Positions 18,500-25,940 of a stretch of 64,000 bases of DNA are shown piece after piece. Positions within the stretch are counted from its first letter, which is position 1. Each line of letters opens with the position of its first letter. This DNA comes from an uncultured Alphaproteobacteria bacterium (GTDB lineage: Bacteria; Pseudomonadota; Alphaproteobacteria; Caulobacterales; Hyphomonadaceae), in NCBI GenBank assembly GCA_963738625.1, contig CAVTXH010000003.1, forward strand, positions 196,110-260,109, read 5' to 3'. The notes below the pieces were generated by a model. The model ran no database searches. It saw nothing but the letters and a program-made list of their open reading frames with translations, and was not told the DNA's origin. Position numbers and translations under genes: made by a program.

Positions 18500-19489
18500 C
18501 TAGATTCGCGCCAGCCTGCGCAGCGCCTGCGGCGGTTGCCCGAAGGCGCGCACGAACGCCCGCCGCATCCGCTCCGGATCGCCAAAGCCCGCTTCCCGCG
18601 CAATGACATCGATCGGGTCGGGCGAATGCTCCACCTGCTCGCGCGCCGTCTCCAGCCGCAGCCGCTCCACCGCCTTGGCCGGCGTCACGCCCGTCTCCGC
18701 CGCGAAGGCGCGCGCGAAATTGCGCGGGCTCATGTTCGACTGCTCGGCCAGCTGCTCCACCGTCAGCTTCTGGTCCAGCCGCTCGCGCATCCAGCCGAGC
18801 AGCTTGGTGAACCGCCCTTCCGTGCGCTCGATGTCGAGCAGCGCCGAGAACTGCGACTGGCCGCCCGGCCGGCGGTGATAGACCACCAGCTCCTGCGCCG
18901 AGCGCCGCGCCGCCTCCTCGCCCAGATCGTCCGCGATCAGCGCCAGCGCGAGGTCGATCCCCGCCGTGATCCCCGCCGACGTCCAGATCTTCCCATCGTG
19001 CGTGTAGATGCAGTCCGGCTCCAGCTTCACATTCGGAAAGCGCTTCTGGAAATCCGGCGTGCGCCGCCAGTGCGTGGTCGCGCGCTTGCCGTCCAGCACG
19101 CCCGCCGCCGCCAGCACATACGCGCCCGAGCACACACTGCACAGCCGCCGCGACGCCTTCGCCGACGCGGTCACCAGCGCCAGCAGACGCTGGTCCTGCA
19201 TCGCCTCGCGCGTGCCGACGCCGCCCGACACGATCAGCGTGTCGAACATCGGATCGCGCGGCAGCCCCTCCGCCATCATCTCCACGCCGCACGAGGCGCG
19301 CACCAGTCCCGCTTTTGGCGCGATCACTTTCAGGTCGTAAGGCGGCGGATCGAGCCCGCGCATCGGCATCTCGAACGCCGAGATCGGCCCCGCCGCATCG
19401 AGCAGCTGGAACCCGTCGAAGATCACCACGCCGATCGTCCTCGGCTTCAGCTTCCTTGCCCTGGTCTCGCGCGCAGCGCTGTCCGGCAT
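18500..19489 (-). CDS. GlxA family transcriptional regulator (DJ-1/PfpI-like N-terminal domain + AraC-type HTH)
   Basis: The N-terminal domain reads IGVVIFDGFQLLDAAGP...LCSVCSGAYVLAAAG. The C-terminal AraC HTH reads LTVEQLAEQSNMSPRNFARAF...GFGDPERMRRAF. Confidence 0.9.
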   Translation of the reverse strand: MPDSAARETRARKLKPRTIGVVIFDGFQLLDAAGPISAFEMPMRGLDPPPYDLKVIAPKAGLVRASCGVEMMAEGLPRDPMFDTLIVSGGVGTREAMQDQRLLALVTASAKASRRLCSVCSGAYVLAAAGVLDGKRATTHWRRTPDFQKRFPNVKLEPDCIYTHDGKIWTSAGITAGIDLALALIADDLGEEAARRSAQELVVYHRRPGGQSQFSALLDIERTEGRFTKLLGWMRERLDQKLTVEQLAEQSNMSPRNFARAFAAETGVTPAKAVERLRLETAREQVEHSPDPIDVIAREAGFGDPERMRRAFVRAFGQPPQALRRLARI

Positions 19490-19610
19490 GTCTCTCGCCT
19501 ATGGCAGTAAAAGTTGGATCATTGTCATTTCAGCCAGAGGCTTAATCGGCGATACAGGCCTCGTCAAGCCGGGCTTCCTCCCCGAAGCGGCTACGAGAAG
19601 GACAGGCGCC

Positions 19611-20334
19611 ATGAGCCCCGCCCCGACGCCGACCGCCCCCAAGGCAGACGCGAGATTCACGATCGTCTTCGCGATCTTCCCCGGCATGACGCATCTCGAC
19701 TTCACCGGCCCGCATCAGTTCCTCAGCCGCATGCCCGGCGCCGACGTCATCGTCGCCTCGCCTGCGGGCGGTTCTGTCGATGCGGACGGCCTTACCTTCG
19801 GCGGCACGGCGAGGATCGCAGACGTCAGAAGCTGCGACCTCATCTGTGTCCCCGGCGGCGTGAACGCCACCACCGTCGCGCTCGACAAGGCCTTCGTCGG
19901 CGAGATCCGCCGCCTGGCGCTCGGCGCGCGCTACATCACCTCGGTCTGCACCGGCTCGCTGATCCTCGGCGCCGCCGGACTCTCTGGTGGGCCGCCGCGC
20001 CGCCTGCCACTGGGCCTACGCCAGCCTGCTGCCGCTCTTCGGCGCGATCCACGACCCTGCACGCGTCGCGCGCGACGGAAACATCATCACCGGAGGCGGC
20101 GTCACGGCGGGCATCGACTTCGCCCTCACCGTCCTCGCCGAGATCGCCGGCGCCGAAATTGCGCAGACCATCCAGCTCGGCCTCGAATACGCCCCCGCCC
20201 CGCCCTTCGACTCGGGCCGTCCCGAACTCGCCTCCCCCGCCGTCCTCGCCCGCTACGAGAGCGTCCGCCAGAAGATCCTCACCACCCGCCGCGCCGAGGC
20301 GGAAGCCGCCGCCGCGCTCATGACCGTTGCCTGA
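19611..20334 (+). pseudogene. DJ-1/PfpI family protein gene with a single-base frameshift near nt 19980-19984
   Basis: The first frame reads MSPAPT...FTIVFAIFPGMTHLDFTGP...ITSVCTGSLILGAAGL and then becomes Arg/Pro-rich. The homologous continuation (L)VGRRAACHWAYASLLPLFGA...ITGGGVTAGIDFAL is in the frame of ORF 19987..20334. One extra base in the context ggactcTctggtg explains the shift. Confidence 0.8.
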
Positions 20335-20582
20335 GGCGGCGTCGGCGCCGCAGGCGTCTTCAGCCGCATCGTCACCCGCGTCGTCAGGCGCGGCGTCGTC
20401 GTCGCAACGACGCGCGGCGCGGCGAAACTTCGTCACAGTCGCGCGGCGTCTTCGTCACACCGCCGCGCGGCGCGGCGCCGCTGCGCACCCCGCGCCACGA
20501 TTGCGCACCTTCCGCGCAGGGCAACCCCCGCACCTGCGTCGCTGCTTTGCGTCGATGCGGATGCAGGAAAGGCGCCCGCACC

Positions 20583-20616
20583 TTGACCTATCCCGTATCA
20601 CGGTATACGTTATAGT
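20583..20616 (+). promoter_or_regulatory. Candidate higBA promoter with an inverted repeat (possible antitoxin operator)
   Basis: TTGACC lies at 20583-20588 and TATACG/TATAGT-like elements lie at 20604-20616. The inverted repeat CGTAT-N6-ATACG spans 20594-20609. A GGGGGAA Shine-Dalgarno lies 6-12 nt upstream of ATG 20636. Confidence 0.35.
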
Positions 20617-20635
20617 CGGCTTTGGGGGAAGCTGA

Positions 20636-20914
20636 ATGATCCGGTCGTTCGCCTGCCGCGACACCGAGCTGGTGTTCAACATGCAGCGAACGCGGAAGTT
20701 CGACCCGATCGGGCGCCAGGCGCGGCGCAAGCTGATCCTGCTTGACGAGGCAGGCCGTGTGGAAGAGTTGCGCTCTCCGCCGGGCAACCGTCTGGAAGCG
20801 TTGAGAGGAAATCGCGCCGGCCAGCATTCGATCCGCATCAACGACCAGTGGCGGATCGTTTTTGCCTGGCGCGAGGATGGCCCGCACGACGTGGCTATCG
20901 TGGATTATCATTGA
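20636..20914 (+). CDS. higB: HigB-type (RelE/ParE superfamily) toxin, 'plasmid maintenance system killer' family
   Basis: The 92 aa contain PPGNRLEALRGNRAGQHSIRINDQWRIVFAW...VAIVDYH, the typical HigB pattern. Confidence 0.9.
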   Translation: MIRSFACRDTELVFNMQRTRKFDPIGRQARRKLILLDEAGRVEELRSPPGNRLEALRGNRAGQHSIRINDQWRIVFAWREDGPHDVAIVDYH

Positions 20915-20924
20915 GGAGCAGCCG

Positions 20925-21236
20925 ATGGCGCGCGATCCGAAGCTTGGCCCCATCCACCCCGGCGAATTCCTGGCTGAGGAATTCATGAAGCCGCTGGGGC
21001 TTTCCCAGAATGCGCTGGCCCGTGCGCTCGCCGTGCCGCCGGGCAGGGTAGGCGAGATCGTCAACGAAAGGCGCGGCATCACCGGAGACACCGCACTGCG
21101 GCTGGCGCGGTATTTCGGGACGACGCCGGAGCTCTGGCTGAACCTGCAGGCGCGGTTCGAACTGGAATCGGCCGAAGCCGCCGCCGGCAAGGAAATCCGC
21201 GCGAAAGTCCGCCCGCGCAAGCGCGAGGCGGCGTAG
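20925..21236 (+). CDS. higA: HigA-type antitoxin (XRE HTH)
   Basis: The sequence IHPGEFLAEEFMKPLGLSQNALARALAVPPGRVGEIVNERRGITGDTALRLARYFGTTPELWLNLQ is the typical HigA pattern. The gene starts 10 nt after higB. Confidence 0.9.
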   Translation: MARDPKLGPIHPGEFLAEEFMKPLGLSQNALARALAVPPGRVGEIVNERRGITGDTALRLARYFGTTPELWLNLQARFELESAEAAAGKEIRAKVRPRKREAA

Positions 21237-21283
21237 CCATCGACGAACTGGGGAAGGACATGCACGAGCGGAGAGGTAGGGGG

Positions 21284-21613
21284 ATGCGCGCGATTTGGGC
21301 AGCCGTAACGCTTGCAGTACTGGCCGCAGCGTGCGATTCGCCGCCGCCACCCCCGCCGGAGGCCAAGGTTCCGACCGTAGGCGAACCGCTCGTTATCGAA
21401 GTCGACGTCAACGGTCGCATCCTCTGGAATGGCGAGGAGGTGTCACTTGAAGAGCTGGAACGCCGCGCACGAGCCGCTTCCGGCACGCCAACCGAGTTGC
21501 GATTCATGCCCGACGGGAAGGCCGGTTTCGAACGCATAAAGCAGGTCGCCACTGTCCTCGAGCCGACCGGGCTGTTGAAGAAGGCCTATGTCGTGGGCGG
21601 CACGGCGGAGTGA
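21284..21613 (+). CDS. Small lipoprotein, tentatively with an ExbD/TolR-like periplasmic domain
   Basis: The lipobox is MRAIWAAVTLAVLAAAC followed by a poly-Pro linker. The tail LVIEVDVNGRILWNGEEVSLEELERR...ELRFMPDGKAGFERIKQV resembles the ExbD C-terminal fold pattern. Confidence 0.45.
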   Translation: MRAIWAAVTLAVLAAACDSPPPPPPEAKVPTVGEPLVIEVDVNGRILWNGEEVSLEELERRARAASGTPTELRFMPDGKAGFERIKQVATVLEPTGLLKKAYVVGGTAE

Positions 21614-21617
21614 CGCG

Positions 21618-21696
21618 GTCCTCCACCGCCGAAGGCGGGGGAGGTGGCGGCCGCGCGAAGCGCGGATGACGGAGGGGGCCGCCCGAGGGGCGGATG
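21618..21696 (+). repeat. A-family structured repeat, copy A1
   Basis: gtcctccaccgccGAAggcgggggaggtgg-cggccgcgcGAAgcgcggat-gacggaggggg-ccgcccGAGgggcgg shares the conserved motifs GTCCTCC, GGAGGTGG and GACGGAGGGGG with copies A2-A5. Confidence 0.8.
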
Positions 21697-21771
21697 TCTC
21701 AACGAGCGGACCCCGTAGGGTGCATGAGGCCAAAGGCCGAAACGCACCTTTCGTGCGTGTGGCGCGATGGT

Positions 21772-21834
21772 GCATTTCGCTTCCGCTCAATGCGCCCTAC
21801 CTCGCAACGGCACGAAGCCTCGCGAAGCGAGGCG
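21772..21834 (+). repeat. B-family repeat, left arm of a large inverted repeat (B1)
   Basis: gcatttcgcttccgctcaatgcgccctacctcgcaacggcacgaagcctcgcGAAgcgaggcg. Its reverse complement closely matches 21961..22022. Confidence 0.8.
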
Positions 21835-21960
21835 CTACTGCTGCTCAAAGATGTCACGCCGGATGTCGCCGCTACATGATAAATTTTAGGGTGTTGAAAA
21901 TCGCGTGGATAAGCTTCGACACGCCACCTTCGCTTGCGCTTCGGCGTTCGCCAGAGCCCT

Positions 21961-22022
21961 CGCCTCGCCGCGCGAGGCTTCAAGCCGTTGCGACGCAGGG
22001 CGCCTTGAGCGGAGCGAAATGC
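21961..22022 (-). repeat. B-family repeat, right arm (B2)
   Basis: cgcctcgccgcgcgaggcttcaagccgttgcgacgcagggcgccttgagcggagcgaaatgc is an imperfect reverse complement of B1. Confidence 0.8.
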
Positions 22023-22052
22023 GCCGTCTCGCCGCGATCACTGGCCCCGCTA

Positions 22053-22130
22053 CTTCCTCCGGCGGCTCCCCCTCCGTCTCGGGCGCGAGCGCGCGATCCA
22101 CCTCCGCCCACTGCGTGGGGGAGGACTTCG
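22053..22130 (-). repeat. A-family structured repeat, copy A2 (inverted relative to A1)
   Basis: The plus strand reads ...ccccctccgtctcg-ggcgcgagcgcgc-gatccacctcc-gcccactgcgtggg-ggaggac, the reverse complement of the A consensus. Confidence 0.8.
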
Positions 22131-22414
22131 TGTTGCAGCTTGAGATCAGAACAAGCCTCGACATGCCGCCCGGGCGCGGGCGCGCACGCGCCGTAGACCC
22201 GAGAACCTTCCTGCCGCCGGCTAAGAAAGATGCTCGGCTCAGGGCCGAGCAGGACTCGCGGATGGGTAGGTAGGGTTCGCCTTCCGTAGGGAAAGGCGCC
22301 AGCGGAAGCGCCCTCTCGCTTCCGCAATATTAACGGTTGCTGAGTAAGCGTATTCCGGCGTTCGACGCTCCCGGGGGGAGGCGGGTGTTCAGCTTACATT
22401 GCCGAGGGGCAGTC

Positions 22415-23566
22415 ATGTGGTCGGAAGTATTGAAGCGCTCCGATGCGGGCGTTTGGTCTACGCTTAGCAACAGCGATCTGCCGCCCCCGGGCCTGGTGAT
22501 CATGTTTGGCTCCAGCGAGGCGATGCGGCGCTCAGATCACGCCGAAGAACTGATCAGGAAATTCCCCAACGCCCTGCACATCGGATCGAGCACCGGAACG
22601 GCCGTCCAGGGCCGTGAATTGACCGATGAGGGGTCGGTCGCGATGGCGCTCGGCTTTGCGAGCACCCGGATCGAGCTGGCGACCCGGAAGCTTGCCAACC
22701 CGGCCGATTCTGAAACGGTTGGTCACGCGCTCGGGTCCGAACTGGCGGCGCCGGATCTGGCGGCTGTATTCGTGCTGTCCGATGGTCTGTCGGTGAACGG
22801 CAGCGCCCTGGTCCGGGGATTGGTCAGCGCGGTAGGACCGGGCGTGACGGTCAGCGGCGGACTTGCCGGCGACGGCCCCCGGTTCGAAGAAACGCTTATC
22901 AGCGTCGCCGGCGTTGCGATGCCGAACGCGGTCGTTGCGGTGGGGCTATATGGCTCGGCCCTGAGAGTGGCGCACGGAAGCGCCGGCGGGTGGGACACGT
23001 TCGGCCCGAAGCGGCTGATCACCCGCTCCGCCGGCAATGTGCTGTACGAGCTGGACGGCATGCCCGCCCTCGACCTTTACGAGCGGTATCTGGGCGAGGA
23101 AGCAGCGCAGCTCCCCGCCTCAGGCCTCCTCTACCCCCTGAAGATCTGGGATCCGGCCGCCCCCGAAAACGAGGTTGTCCGGACGATTCTGGCCATAGAC
23201 CGCGAAGCGCGCAGCCTGACATTTGCCGGCGACGTGCCGCAGGGCTGGGAGGCGCGCCTGATGCGCGGGACGTTCTATCGCCTGACCGAAGGCGCAACCG
23301 TAGCGGCGCAACATGCGAGACAGTCCCTGGCTGCGGCCGGCTGCGAACCTGAAGCCTGCATCATCGTGAGCTGTGTCGGTCGCCGCCTGTTGATGCAGCA
23401 GCGGACGGAGGATGAGATCGACGCGGTGGCGAACGCCATTGGCCGGACAACGCCGGTTGCGGGTTTCTACTCCTACGGCGAAATCGCGCCGGACAACGCG
23501 ACCGGTTTCTGTGGTCTGCACAACCAGACCATGACGCTGACCCTGCTGGCCGAGGTCGCTGCGTGA
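22415..23566 (+). CDS. FIST domain (FIST_N + FIST_C) sensory protein
   Basis: The protein contains LVIMFGSSEAM...FPNALHIGSSTGTAV and ends ...GFYSYGEIAP, as FIST_C domains do. A GAGGGG Shine-Dalgarno precedes ATG 22415. Confidence 0.85.
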   Translation: MWSEVLKRSDAGVWSTLSNSDLPPPGLVIMFGSSEAMRRSDHAEELIRKFPNALHIGSSTGTAVQGRELTDEGSVAMALGFASTRIELATRKLANPADSETVGHALGSELAAPDLAAVFVLSDGLSVNGSALVRGLVSAVGPGVTVSGGLAGDGPRFEETLISVAGVAMPNAVVAVGLYGSALRVAHGSAGGWDTFGPKRLITRSAGNVLYELDGMPALDLYERYLGEEAAQLPASGLLYPLKIWDPAAPENEVVRTILAIDREARSLTFAGDVPQGWEARLMRGTFYRLTEGATVAAQHARQSLAAAGCEPEACIIVSCVGRRLLMQQRTEDEIDAVANAIGRTTPVAGFYSYGEIAPDNATGFCGLHNQTMTLTLLAEVAA

Positions 23567-24567
23567 CTTTCCCGCCTCTGCTCCGCCGTCAGATTGCCCG
23601 CGCGACCTCCAGGGACGGTCAGTTCGACGCCGCGGCGCTGTTGGCGATGGTGGCGGCGGCCTACACGGAACACGAGCGCGACCTGCAGCGCACGGATCGG
23701 GCCAACGCGGTGGTGTCCGAGGAGCTCGAGTCGGCGCATTCCGAGGTAAAGGCGCAAAACCTCGGACTGAAAGCCGCGCGCGAGGCGGCCGACCGGGCGA
23801 ACGCCTCGAAGTCCGAATTCCTGGCCAACATGAGTCACGAGATCCGGACGCCCCTCAACGGCGTGCTGGGGATGGCGCAGGCGCTCCAGATGGAGCAGCT
23901 CAGCCCCACGCAGCGCGAGATGGTCTCGATCATCCTGGATTCTGGCGGCACGTTGATGACAATTCTCAACGATGTGCTTGACCTGTCCAAGATCGAGGCC
24001 GGCAAACTTGAGATATCCAAAATGCCGGGAGACGTCGCCGATGCGGTCTCGCGGGCCTTCTATCTGTTTCAGACGCAGGCTCGCGCCAAGAGCCTCGGTT
24101 TCGAACTCGTCAGCGACCCGGGCATTCCGCGCCAGCTCTCATTCGACCAGGTGCGCGTGCGGCAGTGCGTCAGCAATCTCGTATCGAACGCTTTGAAATT
24201 CACGGCCTCGGGAAGCGTCGTGGTCCGCGTGTCGGCGCAACGCGTCAGGGCCCAGGCATATCTCGTTTCGATCACCATCACCGATACCGGGCGCGGCATG
24301 AGCGAGGAGGTGCAAGCCAAACTTTTCGGCGCCTTCGTGCAGGCTGACGCGGCCACGACACGGCAGCATGGCGGCACGGGCCTCGGCCTCGCCATTTCCA
24401 GACACCTGGCCCGCATGATGGGCGGAGACATCACGGTTCGCAGCTCGCCGGGGCTCGGCTCCACCTTCACCCTGACGTTTGAGGCCGGAGACGAAGCAGC
24501 CAGCCTGCCCGCGACAGCCGCAGCCGAACCGGCCGATCTCTACCCGCAGGCGCAACGCCGGGCGTGA
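23563..24567 (+). CDS. Soluble histidine kinase (coiled-coil + HisKA + HATPase_c), translationally coupled to the FIST gene
   Basis: The H-box is FLANMSHEIRTPLNG. The N, G1 and G2 boxes are SNALKFT, TDTGRGM and GGTGLGLAIS. A GTGA start/stop overlap links it to the FIST gene. I see no TM segment and no receiver domain. Confidence 0.9.
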   Translation: MTFPPLLRRQIARATSRDGQFDAAALLAMVAAAYTEHERDLQRTDRANAVVSEELESAHSEVKAQNLGLKAAREAADRANASKSEFLANMSHEIRTPLNGVLGMAQALQMEQLSPTQREMVSIILDSGGTLMTILNDVLDLSKIEAGKLEISKMPGDVADAVSRAFYLFQTQARAKSLGFELVSDPGIPRQLSFDQVRVRQCVSNLVSNALKFTASGSVVVRVSAQRVRAQAYLVSITITDTGRGMSEEVQAKLFGAFVQADAATTRQHGGTGLGLAISRHLARMMGGDITVRSSPGLGSTFTLTFEAGDEAASLPATAAAEPADLYPQAQRRA

Positions 24568-24603
24568 GGCGTCTGCCTGCAGCGCTGCGTACCCGCCCTC
24601 TCG

Positions 24604-24819
24604 TCAGTTCGACCAGATCGGTTCGCCCAGATAGAGGTCTTCCTTGTCGGTGAGGTAGCCGACGCTGCCGCCGACAGCTGCGCCGACGACGATGCCGCCC
24701 GGTCCGCCGAGCAGGCCGAAGCCCGCGCCGATCGAGGCGCCCGAGAGGCCGCGCTCGGCCTTGGTGGTGCCGCACGCGGCGAGCAGCATGACGCCCGCGC
24801 CAAGAAGAATGATCCTCAT
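24604..24819 (-). CDS. Small glycine-zipper lipoprotein (71 aa)
   Basis: An AAGGAG Shine-Dalgarno precedes ATG 24819. The lipobox is LLAAC and the glycine zipper reads GASIGAGFGLLGGPGGIVVGAAVGGSVG. Confidence 0.7.
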   Translation of the reverse strand: MRIILLGAGVMLLAACGTTKAERGLSGASIGAGFGLLGGPGGIVVGAAVGGSVGYLTDKEDLYLGEPIWSN

Positions 24820-24873
24820 CGCAAGTCTCCTTTTGTCTGCCGTGTGACGATTCCGTATCCGGCCCGGTAGCGT

Positions 24874-24950
24874 GCATTGAGCGGAGCGAAAAGGGGCCAT
24901 CGCGCCACGCCAACGAACGCTGCATTTCGCTACGCTCATTCACCCTACGG
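24874..24950. repeat. B-family repeat, self-complementary copy (B3)
   Basis: gcattgagcggagcgaaa...loop...gcatttcgctacgctcattcaccctacgg shares the gcatttcgct.cgctca / tgagcggagcgaaa cores with B1 and B2. It lies upstream of the lipoprotein gene. Confidence 0.7.
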
Positions 24951-25132
24951 CGCTGGCGGTTAACCGATCGTCGCACACGGTGCGCCAGCGCAATGATGGG
25001 CAATGAAAACAAAGTTTAAGGCCGCTGGCGCCGCCGCGGCCGCGGGTTTGCACGTTTCCTGCCGAACCGGGACTTTTCGCGCGCGGCGGGCTGGATCAGA
25101 CTTCAGCGGCCTGTCGTGCCGGGGACTTTGCC

Positions 25133-25645
25133 ATGAAGACACTCGCCCTGAAGCGGCCAGATGTGAAACGGCCGGCCATAGCGCGTCCCGCCATGCCTCG
25201 TCCCGAAGGCGTGGTCGATGTGCGCAAGGTGAAGAGCGCCGCCGGCGGCGCGGGCCCCGCGCAGCTTACCTGGGTGATCGCCTACAGCGAGCGGATCCTG
25301 CCGGGCTCGCCCGGCCACGCGGCGATCCGCGCGTTCGCCGGCACGCTGAAGGCGCCGCGCAATGTCGAGCAGAGCGTCATGCTGCTGCCCGTGATGGCGC
25401 GCGAGGCGCCACCGGCCGAAGCGCGCCCGCCCGCCCACGCGCCGACCCACGCGCCGACCCACGCGCCGAAGAAGGCCCGCGTCAAGCGGCGCGCCAAGGC
25501 GCGTGCGAAGGCCGCCGCCAAGCCGCGTGCGAACGTGCGGGCGAAGGTTCAGGCGAAGCGCGCGATGAAGCCTGGCGTGAAGTCGCGCGCGAAGCCCGCC
25601 CGCAAGCCGCCGCGCAGGCCCGCGCGCCGCCGCACCACGCGCTAA
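25133..25645 (+). CDS. Hypothetical protein with a histone-H1-like Lys/Arg/Ala/Pro-rich C-terminal tail
   Basis: The 170-aa ORF has reasonable GC3. The short repeat HAPTHAPTHAP is followed by KKARVKRRAKARAKAAAKPRANVRAKVQAKRAMKPGVKSRAKPARKPPRRPARRR. I recognise no family. Confidence 0.45.
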   Translation: MKTLALKRPDVKRPAIARPAMPRPEGVVDVRKVKSAAGGAGPAQLTWVIAYSERILPGSPGHAAIRAFAGTLKAPRNVEQSVMLLPVMAREAPPAEARPPAHAPTHAPTHAPKKARVKRRAKARAKAAAKPRANVRAKVQAKRAMKPGVKSRAKPARKPPRRPARRRTTR

Positions 25646-25796
25646 CCGGGTCAACGCGGAACAAGGAGCCCTCCGGCCCTCGCTTGCGCTCGGGCGTTCG
25701 GCGCTCTGACCGTCGCTTACGCTCCGGCGTGCGGTGTTTGATTTGATCCACTGGACCAGATCGTCCCTGCGGGACCGCGCCCGGCAGCCCCAACCA

Positions 25797-25924
25797 CCGC
25801 TCATCCCGGCGAAAGCCGGGACCCAGGGCAGGCTTCAAGGCTTGTTCCAAAGTAAGGCTGCAGCCGGAATTCGGAACAAGCCTCCACACGTTTCCTGGGT
25901 CCCGGCTTTCGCCGGGATGAGCGG
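25797..25924. repeat. Palindromic intergenic element with a perfect 31-bp inverted repeat and nested hairpins
   Basis: 25797-25827 (ccgctcatcccggcGAAAgccgggacccagg) is the exact reverse complement of 25894-25924. The spacer contains a second pairing, aggcttgttcc/ggaacaagcct. Confidence 0.85.
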
Positions 25925-25940
25925 GACAAGGAACGGGACC

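Noticed and set aside
19488-20615. 375-aa ORF listed for the DJ-1 locus
   Set aside because: Only its first ~165 codons are DJ-1/PfpI-like. The rest is an Arg/Pro/His-rich read-through created by the frameshift. The upstream 41 codons precede a better ATG with a Shine-Dalgarno at 19611.
21904-21912. DnaA-box-like TTATCCACG (minus strand) in the AT-richer core of the 21.6-22.1 kb inverted repeat
   Set aside because: It is a single 8/9 match with no cluster of boxes, no adjacent dnaA/dnaN/hemE-type origin markers and no extended AT-rich unwinding region. That is insufficient to call a replication origin.
21588-22327. Several 60-200-aa ORFs (for example 21588..22196 +, 21980..22327 -) in the repeat-rich region
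   Set aside because: All are Arg/Ala/Pro/Ser-rich, overlap each other in different frames, run through the inverted repeats, and have no start context or motifs.
25003-25746. 247-aa ORF overlapping the basic-protein ORF in another frame
   Set aside because: Its composition is uniformly Arg/Ala/Gly-rich with no N-terminal domain. The 25133..25645 frame is the more protein-like of the two, and even that is only moderately supported.
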